Below are positions 19,392-28,245 of a stretch of 64,000 bases of DNA, piece by piece; within the stretch, counting starts at the first letter, position 1, and each line of letters opens with the position of its first letter. The notes below the pieces were generated by a model. That model was not told where the DNA came from, made no database searches, and saw only the letters and a list, made by a program, of their open reading frames with translations. The stretch is taken from assembly GCA_018240865.1 (NCBI GenBank), contig JAFEEY010000042.1, positions 14,545-78,544 of the forward strand, written 5' to 3'. Source of the stretch: Pseudomonadota bacterium. Lineage in GTDB: Bacteria; Pseudomonadota; Alphaproteobacteria; Sphingomonadales; Sphingomonadaceae. Position numbers and translations under genes: made by a program.

Positions 19392-19592
19392 TTACCAGCC
19401 GTCGCGGCGCCCCTCGCCGCTGTCCTTGAGCCCACGCCGGTCCAGACTGGAGCGCCGGATCTCCAGTTCAACGCCATCGCCCTTGTCGCGGGTTCGGATG
19501 TCGCGGGGATCCACATTGTTGCGCTTGGCGAAGTCCTCGGCTGCCTTGTCGCTGCCGAACTTGCCGACGTCGTCGAAATCCCATCCACTCAT
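19392..19592 (-). CDS. Small acidic hypothetical protein (66 aa)
   Basis: ATG 19592 lies 5 nt after an AAGGAGA SD, directly downstream of the relaxase gene. Confidence 0.4.
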   Translation of the reverse strand: MSGWDFDDVGKFGSDKAAEDFAKRNNVDPRDIRTRDKGDGVELEIRRSSLDRRGLKDSGEGRRDGW

Positions 19593-19631
19593 CGTCGTCT
19601 CCTTCAATCCGGCGGTCCGGCCGGTCGGTCG

Positions 19632-22600
19632 TCACAGATCGAGCCCCAGGCTGCGTTCCGGCAGCGGCGGCAGCACGTCGCTGCGGTCGGGCTTGAGCTC
19701 GGGCGGTGATTTGAGGGGATCGCCCGGTGCAGACGCAGCCTGGCCCTTCCCGGCAGTCGGAAGCGGCGGGTCGCCTGGCAAAGGCGGCAAGTCCGACAGA
19801 TCGACAGGGCCGGGATCGAATTTTTCGCGCGGGCTGGTGCCCGTGCCGCGTTCCCGGTCGACGTCGAGCCGACCCACCGTTTCGAGCGCCGAGGTCTTGT
19901 TTCCGGGGTTGTTGTCGAGCTGGCGCTCGAGCTTCGCTTTATCGTCCACCACCATCGTCATTTCGTCGCGAACGCGGGTGACGCCGACGTTGAACAGGCG
20001 CTGGTTGGACAGGTTGCGCTCCTGGCTCGACATGACGGTGATCGCCTTGTCGGTGGTGATGCCCTGCGCCATGTGCATGTTCAGCGAGTAAGCGAGGTCG
20101 AGCCGCGACAGCATCGGATCGCCCAGGTCGAGCGTCAGCCGCTCCTTGCTCGCGGTTTCGACGGTGACGCCGCTCGCATCGATGGTGAGGACGCGTGCGA
20201 GGGCGGCGTTGTGGAGCCCCCTCCCCTTGTCGTTGGCGGTCCAGCGAATGCGATCGCCTTCGCGCAGATGAAGATCTTTCTTCTCGCTGAGCTGAAGGCG
20301 GTCGCGCTTCTCGGTTGGCGAGAGTTTCTGTGGGTCGAACCGGATGCGCCGGCGACCGTCGAGAAGATCGACCTTGCCGTTGGGGTGGACCTTGTCGACG
20401 TCGTAGCGGCCGGCGGCGAGGCCGACGTCCTGACCGCCTCCCCTGCCTACCTCGAGGGTTTGTCCGGGCCGGTAGGTGGATGCGTACCGCAACTCCTCGC
20501 GCGTGGTATTCACCCGCTCGTAGACGGTGAGGTGAATCCCCTCGCCGCGCACGGTCTTCTCGGCCGCAAGCCCGTCCTGAATGCGTTGATTGATGATCGC
20601 GCGCGAGGCGCGGCCCGACGCGAACACCGCCGTCGACTCCCGATCGGCGCTCGAGAGTCCGAGCCACATTTCGGCTGCGTGCAAGGCCGGGCTATTGTGC
20701 TCGATGACGCTGTCGCCAAGCACCTTCATGGCCTTGCCCGCTTCGCCGACATTGGCCAGGGCCGCGACGGTGCGCAGCTGATCGGTGCGCTGGCGGATGT
20801 TCTCGTCCATGCGCGCCATGGTTCCCCCGCCGGCCTGGATGAGCGCGAACGACTTTCCGGCATCGATCGAGGAGAGCTGCTGCCGGTCGCCAACGAGAAC
20901 GAGTTTGTCGACGCCCAGCGCGGCCGAGATTTGATGGAGCTTCAGCATGTCGTCGCTCGACACCATCGAGGTCTCGTCGACGACGAGCATCTGGCCGCCG
21001 AACACGGCCCGCGCCTGCTCATAGGCGTCGCCCTGCCGGTTCGTGACGTGCCGCTCGTTGGCAAGAATGAAGGAGGCGATGGTCTGGGACTTGATTCCGG
21101 CGCCCTCTGCGAGGTCCGCCACCATCTTGTTCTGGAAGGCGAGGCCCGTGACGGCCCGCCCCTCCGCCTCGGCGACCCGCGCGACGGACTGCAGCATGGT
21201 CGACTTGCCGGCGCCAGCTATGCCCTGCACCACCACCGTCCGGTCCTCCGAAGAGACAATCAGTGTGGCGGCGGCGAGCTGCCCGGCGTTGAGCTCGCGA
21301 TCCGCATGTGCCTGCAAGCGCTCGGGAGCCTCGCTGGCCGCAATCATCGGAGTGGAAGCGCCCTTCCCCTGCTCCACCGCCTTGAGAATGCGCTCCTCGG
21401 TCCTGAGGGCCTCCTGCGTGGTCACCATGCGGGGCCGGGTGTCGCCCACGCGCGCCTCGCCCGCGATCAGCTGGCCGCGTTCCACAAGCTGAGCGATCCG
21501 CCGCTCGACATGGTCGACCGTGACGCCCTTCAGACCGAGATCCAGAGCGGTCTTGCCGAGCTGGTTGACGTTGAAGGCGGCTTCACGCTCGGAAAGCATG
21601 CGCACGGCGGACGCAACAGCCAGCTGCGCACGAGCTTCTGCCGGCGAGTGGGTCACCCGAGCCAGGCCCCGATCGACGAGAGGATCGTGCGGCTTGAGGA
21701 CGTCGCCAAGCTTTTCCCAGGCGTTCGTAAGCGCCTCGGAGACGGCGCGATAGCCGCGCTCGAGAGCGCTTCCCGGCTCGCGCTGTTCGGATCTTGCAAG
21801 CGCCGCCTCGAGCAGGGCCTTGCCATCGAAGCCGAGGGCCGCCGCCTTCTCGATCCACTCGCGTCGGAGGCCGTCGCGGTCCTCAACATTCAGCTTGGGA
21901 TCGCGCGTATTGGTGGTGACGCTGTCGCGCCCTTTGGGAGAGGTAATGCCGAGCTCGGCCGCCTTCTCGAGAATGGCTTCGCGGCGCTGGCTGAACGCCT
22001 CCAGCACCGCCTTGGGGACACCGGCTACCTCGAACGTCCCGTGCTTGCCCTTGAGCTCTAGCCTGTAGCCCAGCTTCTCCATCTCCTCGCGCAGGAAGGC
22101 GTGGTAGATCGAGCCGATCACCGTGTTGTTGCTCCAGATCTTGTCGGCATGGAGCGCCTGCCATTTGCCGTCGGGCATCTTGGTCAGGTTGGCGATTACT
22201 GCGTGGACGTGCGCCTGAGGATCGAGGGCGCGGCTCGTGTCATGCTGGAACAAGGCGAAGACGAGGTTGCCGGTCTGCACCGGAACCTTGCGCCCTTCCA
22301 CGTCCTTGCGCCCTTCGGCGAGGTTCTTCTCGACCCAGGCCATCGCCCGCGCGACCGCCTTCATGTTGGCGCCGTTCTCGCCGAGGATCCGCTTGTCGCC
22401 GGTGACATAGGCGAGCAGCGACACCGACTTCGGAGCCGAGAAGGTGAGGTCGACGCCCGATCGCCGGTTCTCGACCTGTGCCACGCCCTCCCCGCTCGGC
22501 AGAATACCGTTCAGGATGCCTTCGAAGGCATCCTTCGCCACCTCGCCGGACAAGCCCAGGTCGGAGGCGCCCTCGCCGCCCCAGGCACTGACCTCCGAGC

Positions 22601-22682
22601 TGTCGTCGACGGTGTAATAGTCGTCCTTGGCGAAGTAGCCGGCGGCGCCGGAGGCGGAACGGACGGAGGCGACCGAGAGCAC
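19632..22682 (-). CDS. MOBF-family conjugative relaxase/helicase (TrwC/TraI-like)
   Basis: The N-terminus (LSVASVRSASGAAGYFAKDDYY...DLTFSAPKSVS...HDTSRALDPQAHVHAV) closely parallels the TrwC relaxase domain. The C-terminal RecD-like helicase has Walker A (GIAGAGKST). Confidence 0.92.
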   Translation of the reverse strand: MLSVASVRSASGAAGYFAKDDYYTVDDSSEVSAWGGEGASDLGLSGEVAKDAFEGILNGILPSGEGVAQVENRRSGVDLTFSAPKSVSLLAYVTGDKRILGENGANMKAVARAMAWVEKNLAEGRKDVEGRKVPVQTGNLVFALFQHDTSRALDPQAHVHAVIANLTKMPDGKWQALHADKIWSNNTVIGSIYHAFLREEMEKLGYRLELKGKHGTFEVAGVPKAVLEAFSQRREAILEKAAELGITSPKGRDSVTTNTRDPKLNVEDRDGLRREWIEKAAALGFDGKALLEAALARSEQREPGSALERGYRAVSEALTNAWEKLGDVLKPHDPLVDRGLARVTHSPAEARAQLAVASAVRMLSEREAAFNVNQLGKTALDLGLKGVTVDHVERRIAQLVERGQLIAGEARVGDTRPRMVTTQEALRTEERILKAVEQGKGASTPMIAASEAPERLQAHADRELNAGQLAAATLIVSSEDRTVVVQGIAGAGKSTMLQSVARVAEAEGRAVTGLAFQNKMVADLAEGAGIKSQTIASFILANERHVTNRQGDAYEQARAVFGGQMLVVDETSMVSSDDMLKLHQISAALGVDKLVLVGDRQQLSSIDAGKSFALIQAGGGTMARMDENIRQRTDQLRTVAALANVGEAGKAMKVLGDSVIEHNSPALHAAEMWLGLSSADRESTAVFASGRASRAIINQRIQDGLAAEKTVRGEGIHLTVYERVNTTREELRYASTYRPGQTLEVGRGGGQDVGLAAGRYDVDKVHPNGKVDLLDGRRRIRFDPQKLSPTEKRDRLQLSEKKDLHLREGDRIRWTANDKGRGLHNAALARVLTIDASGVTVETASKERLTLDLGDPMLSRLDLAYSLNMHMAQGITTDKAITVMSSQERNLSNQRLFNVGVTRVRDEMTMVVDDKAKLERQLDNNPGNKTSALETVGRLDVDRERGTGTSPREKFDPGPVDLSDLPPLPGDPPLPTAGKGQAASAPGDPLKSPPELKPDRSDVLPPLPERSLGLDL

Positions 22683-22685
22683 TGG

Positions 22686-24989
22686 CTAGATCCCCATGTC
22701 CATGCCGTCAGGCTCGCGGCCGGCGGAGAAATCCTGGCGTAGCTCGACGATCGTCTGATCCTCGACCCGCGGCGCGCTGTGATGGCTGCGACCGTCCTTT
22801 CGATCATCACGTTCTCGGGCCTGCGCTGCCTCCTGCTCTGCTGCCGCGCGCGCAGTCTGTGCGATGTCGGCCGCATGTTGACGGGGTGCCTGTCCGTCGC
22901 GGTCGGCGTTGTTTTCGTGAACCGCCTTGCTGGTCGATTCCTTCTCCGCATCGACCTCGGCAGACAGGATGCGCGCGGCCATTTCCTTCGCCACGTTGAC
23001 CGGCTCTACCACCTCCTGGATCACCTGGCCGGCACCATCACGCCCACCGGCTTCACCACCCCCTTCTCCGTCGAACACTTCCTCTCCGCGCTTCGATCGC
23101 ACCGGCTTCATGTCGGGGCGGGGCAGGAAGCCGTCCGCGACCTGGGGATAGTCCTTCCAGACGAGCTTGATCCGAGCGGCCGGGAAGCCGTCGGGGAACT
23201 TCACGAAGCCATGCATCGAGGGCAGGTTCGTGATGTCGTCGGCGATCACGAGCGGTTCGACCTGCTTGCGCGGAGTCAGCGTCGAGGCGTCGCGCGTGTT
23301 GTTGTAGCCGTAGCTGTAGGCCTCATCCATCTGGCGGACTTCGCGGTTGCCGATATAGCGGGCGCACTGCTCGGCGGTGTCGAGATCGGCGGTCGCGAGG
23401 ATGAGCTTGGAGCGGGCAAGCGAGGCGAGATTGCGGGCGCCCTGCTCGCCATAGACCTCGACCAGCTTTTCGAAGCTGTGGATGCCGAGGATCATTGCGC
23501 CGCCGAAGGCGCGGGCCGTCTGAAGGCCATTCTCGATCGCAGGCAGGCGGTGCAGCGCGCCGACCTCATCGAACATGAACCAGGTCCGCAAGCTGCGCGT
23601 GCGCGGCAGCGTCATGAGGCTGGTGATGGCGATGTTCATCCAGAGCGTCAGCAGCGGCCGGTTCATCTCCAGATCGTCGTAGTCGGAGGTGACGAACAGG
23701 ATCGATCCGGGCGCGCGCTCGGTGGTCATCCAGTGCCGGATCGAGAACGGCTCTCCTTCGTCGGGCAGGAAACGCAGGACCTGCGCATTGGTGTTGAAGA
23801 CGGCGCGGATCGATTCCGCCATGCGGGCCGCTTCCGGGGCGGTCAGCGGGTCGGCGATGGTGTTCGCGAGGAAGCGATGCACCCGCTTCAAATCGGCGGT
23901 CATCAGGTTCTCGGCGAGCGCCAGGTTGGTGGTCTGGCCGCGCTCCTGAAGCCGGACGCACATCTCGATGAACAGGGTGCGGGCCGCGAGCGCCCAGAAG
24001 GGCTCGGACGAGCCGCCATCGGAGGGAATGAGCGCCGCGGCGGCCGACGTGAAATGGCTGTAGGTCGAGCAGTCGTTGAAGATCGACCAGGCCGGGCAGC
24101 GCTGGTCCATCGGGTTCAGGATCGTGTCGCGCATGGGATCGTAGAAGGCTTCGACATAGGCGCCGGTGAGATCGAAGATCACGGCGCTGTCCTGGCGCTG
24201 GCGCATCTGGCTGACCAGACTCCTGAGCTCGGTGGTCTTGCCCGCGCCGGTGGTGCCGATCAGCATGGAATGGGACTGCTCGAGGCGGTGCGGATAGGGG
24301 ATGCCGGCGAGCGTATAGGGATGGTGGATGCCGCCCGCCTTCCGTGTCGCGAACGGCAATTTGAGCACGGCGGCGGACGAGCGGCCGGGGAAGAACTCGC
24401 GCGCGTCCTCCGCGAATTTTTCCGCATTGTGCTGCGCGATTTCGGAGACCAGCACGGCGCGATCGACCAGCATGGCGCCGCGCTCATGGCGTTCCTGAAG
24501 GATCGAACGCCCACGCCTGCGCGAGATGTCGACGAACCAGATGGTGAGTGGCGCGACCACGAAAACCGAGACGAGGATCGAGCCGATCAGCGCCCGGATG
24601 GTGGTCTCCCAGGCCTGCTGCACGGCCGGGATATAGGGCACCACGGGCATGACCGTTTTGTAGATCTCGCCATTGGGCAGGGTGACGTTGACGCGCTTGT
24701 TGGGATTGAGGTCGACCCAGTTCCAGAGCGCCGAATAGATCTTCATGCAGACGAGCTGGAATCCGTGCTCGTCGAGGCGGATCGAGAGGATGACGAACCA
24801 GGCCGCGAGGAAGGCGAAGAACCAGACCATGATGGGCAGCCGCGCGCCCGAAAACCACATCAGCATCTCGTGGGTGAGAAGCTGGCTTCCGCGCGTGAAA
24901 TTGCCGGCGTTGCGATGGACTTTGCCCCGCGCCGAATGATGGGTCAGGGGTATGGCGCGGCCATCGGTGCGGATGTCCTTACGCGCCAT
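22686..24989 (-). CDS. Type IV coupling protein (TrwB/TraD/VirD4 family)
   Basis: N-terminal TM segments, Walker A (GTTGAGKTT), position upstream of the relaxase. ATG 24989 was chosen; the ORF-track extension to 25388 overlaps the RHH gene. Confidence 0.9.
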   Translation of the reverse strand: MARKDIRTDGRAIPLTHHSARGKVHRNAGNFTRGSQLLTHEMLMWFSGARLPIMVWFFAFLAAWFVILSIRLDEHGFQLVCMKIYSALWNWVDLNPNKRVNVTLPNGEIYKTVMPVVPYIPAVQQAWETTIRALIGSILVSVFVVAPLTIWFVDISRRRGRSILQERHERGAMLVDRAVLVSEIAQHNAEKFAEDAREFFPGRSSAAVLKLPFATRKAGGIHHPYTLAGIPYPHRLEQSHSMLIGTTGAGKTTELRSLVSQMRQRQDSAVIFDLTGAYVEAFYDPMRDTILNPMDQRCPAWSIFNDCSTYSHFTSAAAALIPSDGGSSEPFWALAARTLFIEMCVRLQERGQTTNLALAENLMTADLKRVHRFLANTIADPLTAPEAARMAESIRAVFNTNAQVLRFLPDEGEPFSIRHWMTTERAPGSILFVTSDYDDLEMNRPLLTLWMNIAITSLMTLPRTRSLRTWFMFDEVGALHRLPAIENGLQTARAFGGAMILGIHSFEKLVEVYGEQGARNLASLARSKLILATADLDTAEQCARYIGNREVRQMDEAYSYGYNNTRDASTLTPRKQVEPLVIADDITNLPSMHGFVKFPDGFPAARIKLVWKDYPQVADGFLPRPDMKPVRSKRGEEVFDGEGGGEAGGRDGAGQVIQEVVEPVNVAKEMAARILSAEVDAEKESTSKAVHENNADRDGQAPRQHAADIAQTARAAAEQEAAQARERDDRKDGRSHHSAPRVEDQTIVELRQDFSAGREPDGMDMGI

Positions 24990-25269
24990 GGTATTGCTCC
25001 AGGCGCTTGTCCGCATTGGCGATGATCCGCTCGCGGAATTCGGGATATTGCTCGCTGATGATGACGTCGAGCGCGAGCTGCATGAACTCGCTGATCCGCG
25101 CCAATCGGCGGTGGCTGGACGTGATGACGCTCGCCGTGCCGAGATAGGCATCGACTGCCGCCCGGATGATCTCGGAGGGCTTGCATTCCTGGTCCGTCGC
25201 GAGGGCCAGAATGCGATCATACTGCTGGCGGTCGAGCCGGACCGTGCAGTGCCGTGTCGTCGAGGACAA
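24979..25269 (-). CDS. Ribbon-helix-helix relaxosome accessory protein (TrwA/MobC-like position)
   Basis: RHCTVRLDRQQYDRILALA...PSEIIRAAVDAYL is an RHH pattern. The TTG start lies 5 nt after an AGGAGG SD. First gene of the RHH-T4CP-relaxase operon. Confidence 0.6.
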   Translation of the reverse strand: MSSTTRHCTVRLDRQQYDRILALATDQECKPSEIIRAAVDAYLGTASVITSSHRRLARISEFMQLALDVIISEQYPEFRERIIANADKRLEQYHGA

Positions 25270-25270
25270 A

Positions 25271-25294
25271 CCAGCCTCCTAGCAGAGAGGCTGG
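25271..25294 (-). promoter_or_regulatory. 8-bp stem hairpin that includes the SD of the RHH gene
   Basis: ccagcctc / gaggctgg with an 8-nt loop. On the mRNA strand the 3' arm contains GGAGG. Confidence 0.35.
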
Positions 25295-25370
25295 TGGGGA
25301 CCTGAGAAAGCGTGTGGAGATATAACCGATCGCGCGGTGGGCGGCAAAGAGAAATGGGGAACACAGAGCG

Positions 25371-25450
25371 CGTGGCACCACGTGGCACGGCTAAGTCACT
25401 GAAAGCTTGGGATAAACAGACTCCCTCGCGAACGTCCCACGCCGTGGCAC
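25371..25450. repeat. Three direct CGTGGCAC repeats (25371, 25381, 25443); the first pair creates a CCACGTGG palindrome
   Basis: Read directly. The first two are 10 bp apart, upstream of the Dtr operon where an oriT or operator is expected. Confidence 0.45.
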
Positions 25451-25928
25451 GCTCTCCGGTCGCCCTAAGCTATTGAGGGAACACGGGAATCCTGCACCTT
25501 CAGGTGCGTAGGGTGTGCTAATCCCAAGAGCCCGATCCCCTGTCCCTGGGCCTGTTACGATGTCGTCGGAGAGGAGCCGGTTGCCGGGACCGGCGAGGTA
25601 CGCGCCGCCGTGAGGCGGAACGCGCGAGGCCGGTGTCACCGATCCGATCAGGGCGCGAAAAGCCCCGATGCGCAGCATCAACGTCGGCCAAAGGGCCGCG
25701 TTGGAAAGGCGAGGATCGTGACCCGAAGGGCGGAGACAAGGCGCATGCCTTGGCTCCGTGAGGTTGGGCTCTCGTTGCCTGAAGGGCATCGGGAGCCCTA
25801 GCGAATAGAGCCGTCGTCGGGCGCAGGCCCGATGCGCCCAGCCCCATGAATCTTCTTCTTCCTGCCCTCACCAACCAGCGCTATGTTCAGCCAGTTCATA
25901 GCCCGATTAGCCTTCACAAGAGGCACCT

Positions 25929-26147
25929 ATGGCAAAGACACTGGAACAGGAGAGACAGGCTCTCGAAGAGGATCAGCGCCGGCTGGAAGAGCGGCGCAGG
26001 AAGCTCGAAGAGAAAGAGCGCGAGCAGGCGATCGCGACGATCGAGAAATCCGGACTGCTGAAGCTTGAACCTAAGCGGCTCGCCGATCTGACGGCCCGCA
26101 TCAAGACACTGGGTTTCGAGGAAGTCGAAAAGCGGCTCAAGGCCTGA
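25929..26147 (+). CDS. Small charged coiled-coil protein (72 aa)
   Basis: AAGAGG SD. E/R/K-rich heptad-like sequence. Divergent from the Dtr operon. Confidence 0.5.
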   Translation: MAKTLEQERQALEEDQRRLEERRRKLEEKEREQAIATIEKSGLLKLEPKRLADLTARIKTLGFEEVEKRLKA

Positions 26148-26223
26148 ATCATCCCCCGCCGCGGCAACGCCGCGGCACGGTCATGGGGGGCTCGATGCCC
26201 CCCGTGACCGTTCCTCTCCCAGC

Positions 26224-26254
26224 AAAAAAAGGGGAGAGGCCGCAGCCCCTCCCC
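26224..26254 (-). terminator. Intrinsic terminator after gene 26261-26488
   Basis: GC hairpin ggggagaggc-cgca-gcccctcccc, followed on the minus strand by a 7-nt U-run, 6 nt after the stop. Confidence 0.55.
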
Positions 26255-26260
26255 TATCGT

Positions 26261-26488
26261 TCAGAATTCGTCGATGATGCCGCCCGGCGCGGTGTAGACG
26301 ATCCGGTCGATCATCGCCTGTCCGAGCGCGCCGTAGTCGCCCTCGTCAATGGCGAGGAACCCCAGCTCATCGTCCTCGACCACATGCTGGTCGAAGTAGC
26401 TGTGCATCGCGCGGCGCTCGGCATTGGCGACGGCGGCGAAGTAGGCGGCGTGCTGATCGGCGGCGGCGATGTTCGTGATCGTCTGCAT
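26261..26488 (-). CDS. Small hypothetical protein (75 aa)
   Basis: ATG 26488 after an AGGAGA SD. The ORF-track extension to 26863 was discarded. Confidence 0.55.
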   Translation of the reverse strand: MQTITNIAAADQHAAYFAAVANAERRAMHSYFDQHVVEDDELGFLAIDEGDYGALGQAMIDRIVYTAPGGIIDEF

Positions 26489-26539
26489 GTTCGTCTCCTG
26501 TCGTCTTGAATGACAGGGGAATGGCGTCGGGCGGCGGGA

Positions 26540-26670
26540 CCGTGTCAGGCCTCGCCGGCTTGCCGGCGACCGCAAAGCGGCGGTGGGGGTCACGATTTTC
26601 TTCGGCGGCCACCGTCGTTCGAGATTGATGCGCAGCGCCCGATCCGCCGAAGAAAATGGTGGGGCCCCGC
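26540..26670 (-). repeat. Leader hairpin element, copy A
   Basis: Perfect 14-bp inverted repeat attttcttcggcgg / ccgccgaagaaaat (26595-26608 / 26644-26657). Flanks are alignable with copy B. Confidence 0.45.
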
Positions 26671-27218
26671 CGGGCTTGAGACGGTCTCGTCCGCCCGACA
26701 GAATGGGAAGACTGTGAGAGATTTTTCCTCTCGGGGAAGCGCCTCCGGCAAGGCGTAGCGGCGCGCGGACCGACGGGTCCGTGCGGCACGCGAGCGAGCC
26801 GGTGTCGTCACGATGAAACGCCGCCCCATCATGGCTTTTGCGAATTATGAGAACGGCGTGCACGGACCCTTCACCGATCTCGGCCAGCGGGCGGAGCGGA
26901 TGGACAATCCACTGATCCGGGAGGGTGCTGGACAGGGCCGAAACGACTTCGCCTTGGTGTCACAGGAGGTCTGTGTTAGGCGCCGGATTGCGCTGCGAAG
27001 GCTGCGGCGCCGGGACTGGTAATCCCGTCGAGAAAGGCAGCTCGGTGTGATCTCACGCCGGGGTGCCTGCGCACATGTCCAGGTGCCTTGGCACTAAAAG
27101 CGTAGGCGCATGTCTCGACGTGTTACCAGCCCCGGCTCCCGCGCACGGCGCGGGAGCTCTCCGGGGAGGAGCGACGGCCCGGAAGCTCGCGAGGATGGAC
27201 CGCGCTCGAGGTAGCGAT

Positions 27219-27383
27219 ATGGACCTCTCGGAGACGGACCCGACGGTGACACGGGCGCTTGCGCTGGCATTGATGCGGCAGGCCAAAGAGTATCTGGCGG
27301 CGACAAACGATGTCGATGCCGCCGACCAATTGCAGCGCGCGATCGATACCCTGCTGACACCGCGAACGCCGGTCGCGGCATAG
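27219..27383 (+). CDS. Possible small ORF (54 aa)
   Basis: GAGGTA SD 7 nt upstream of the ATG. Opposite orientation to all neighbours. Could be spurious. Confidence 0.25.
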   Translation: MDLSETDPTVTRALALALMRQAKEYLAATNDVDAADQLQRAIDTLLTPRTPVAA

Positions 27384-27455
27384 GCTCGCAGCGGCATTGC
27401 GGGGCGCGCCGCGCGCGGCGACGCGCCCCTTCGCGACGTCTGGTCCGGGCGGAGG

Positions 27456-28034
27456 CTATGCCCATTCCAGACGGGAACTGTCGTCAAGATCTCCGGTCGC
27501 GATCAGGCGGTCGAGCCGGGACAGGTATGGGGCTGCACCCTGCGCTTCGACGCTGCGCCGGATCGCGGGATCAGCGAGGCGGGCACGGACATTGTCGACC
27601 GGGATTTCGCCGACGCTCTCCGGTCGCAGTCCAAGCCCTTCGAGCAGCGCGAACGCATTCTGATAGGCCAGATCGAGTTCGAGGCCGAGATCGGAGGTCA
27701 GCCCGACCGACAGGGTGATCGGGCCAGTGTCGCCCTCGCGATAGACGCTGACCCGGCGGCCGCGAAACTGGGCCTCATCCAGCACCGTGATGACATCGGT
27801 CTGATAGTCGAAGATGCGTGCGATGCTGGCGAGCGCCAGCGGGCAGACACGCGCCTCGAACCGATAGGAGAGATAGTCGTCCTCCGCGAAATCCGGATCC
27901 AGCAGGGTCATGTCGAGAGGCTCGCCTTGGCCGCGCAGAAATTCCCGGAAGGCGGCGAGCTGGCGGGCGTTGATGACGGCGGTCTGGCGTTCCTGATGGT
28001 CGGCCGATGTGGTGATGCGAAACACAATGGACAT
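27456..28034 (-). CDS. Hypothetical protein (192 aa)
   Basis: ATG 28034 after a GGGAGG SD. The ORF-track extension to 28490 was discarded. Confidence 0.6.
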   Translation of the reverse strand: MSIVFRITTSADHQERQTAVINARQLAAFREFLRGQGEPLDMTLLDPDFAEDDYLSYRFEARVCPLALASIARIFDYQTDVITVLDEAQFRGRRVSVYREGDTGPITLSVGLTSDLGLELDLAYQNAFALLEGLGLRPESVGEIPVDNVRARLADPAIRRSVEAQGAAPYLSRLDRLIATGDLDDSSRLEWA

Positions 28035-28192
28035 CTCGTCCTCCCTTGCTGAACGCAGCACCCGTCCCTTCTCCCCTCTGGCCGCCTGGCGGGGCGAAGT
28101 CGGTGCGAATGGTGGCCATTGCGCGAGCGCGCCAGCGCTCAGTCCCCCGCGGCGCGAAGGGGCTCGATGCCCCTGAGCGCCGCATGTCCACG

Positions 28193-28235
28193 CAGAAAAA
28201 GATGGAGAGGCCCCGGCCGAAGCCGGAGCCCCTCC
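28193..28235 (-). terminator. Intrinsic terminator after gene 28246-29220
   Basis: 14-bp GC stem (2 mismatches) with a cgaa loop, followed on the minus strand by a U-run (atcttttt). Confidence 0.6.
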
Positions 28236-28245
28236 AAGCGAGCAC

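Noticed and set aside
18787-20091. 434-aa plus-strand ORF
   Set aside because: It is Ser/Arg/Pro-rich, antisense to the DUF2726-like gene and the relaxase 3' end, and has no SD.
20073-22061. 662-aa plus-strand ORF
   Set aside because: It lies entirely antisense to the well-supported TrwC-like relaxase. The translation is Arg/Gly/Ala/Leu-rich with no motifs. This is a typical shadow ORF in high-GC DNA.
22779-25025. 748-aa plus-strand ORF
   Set aside because: It lies antisense to the coupling-protein gene, which has clear Walker A and TM features. Low-complexity, Arg/Gly-rich translation.
24990-25388. N-terminal 133-aa extension of the coupling protein in the ORF track
   Set aside because: It would overlap the RHH gene in another frame and is Ser/Arg-rich. 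The internal ATG at 24989 precedes the TM segments expected at a T4CP N-terminus.
26813-27022. 69-aa plus-strand ORF in the long leader region
   Set aside because: It has no SD and an Arg-rich C-terminus, and it lies in a region better explained as a structured non-coding leader.
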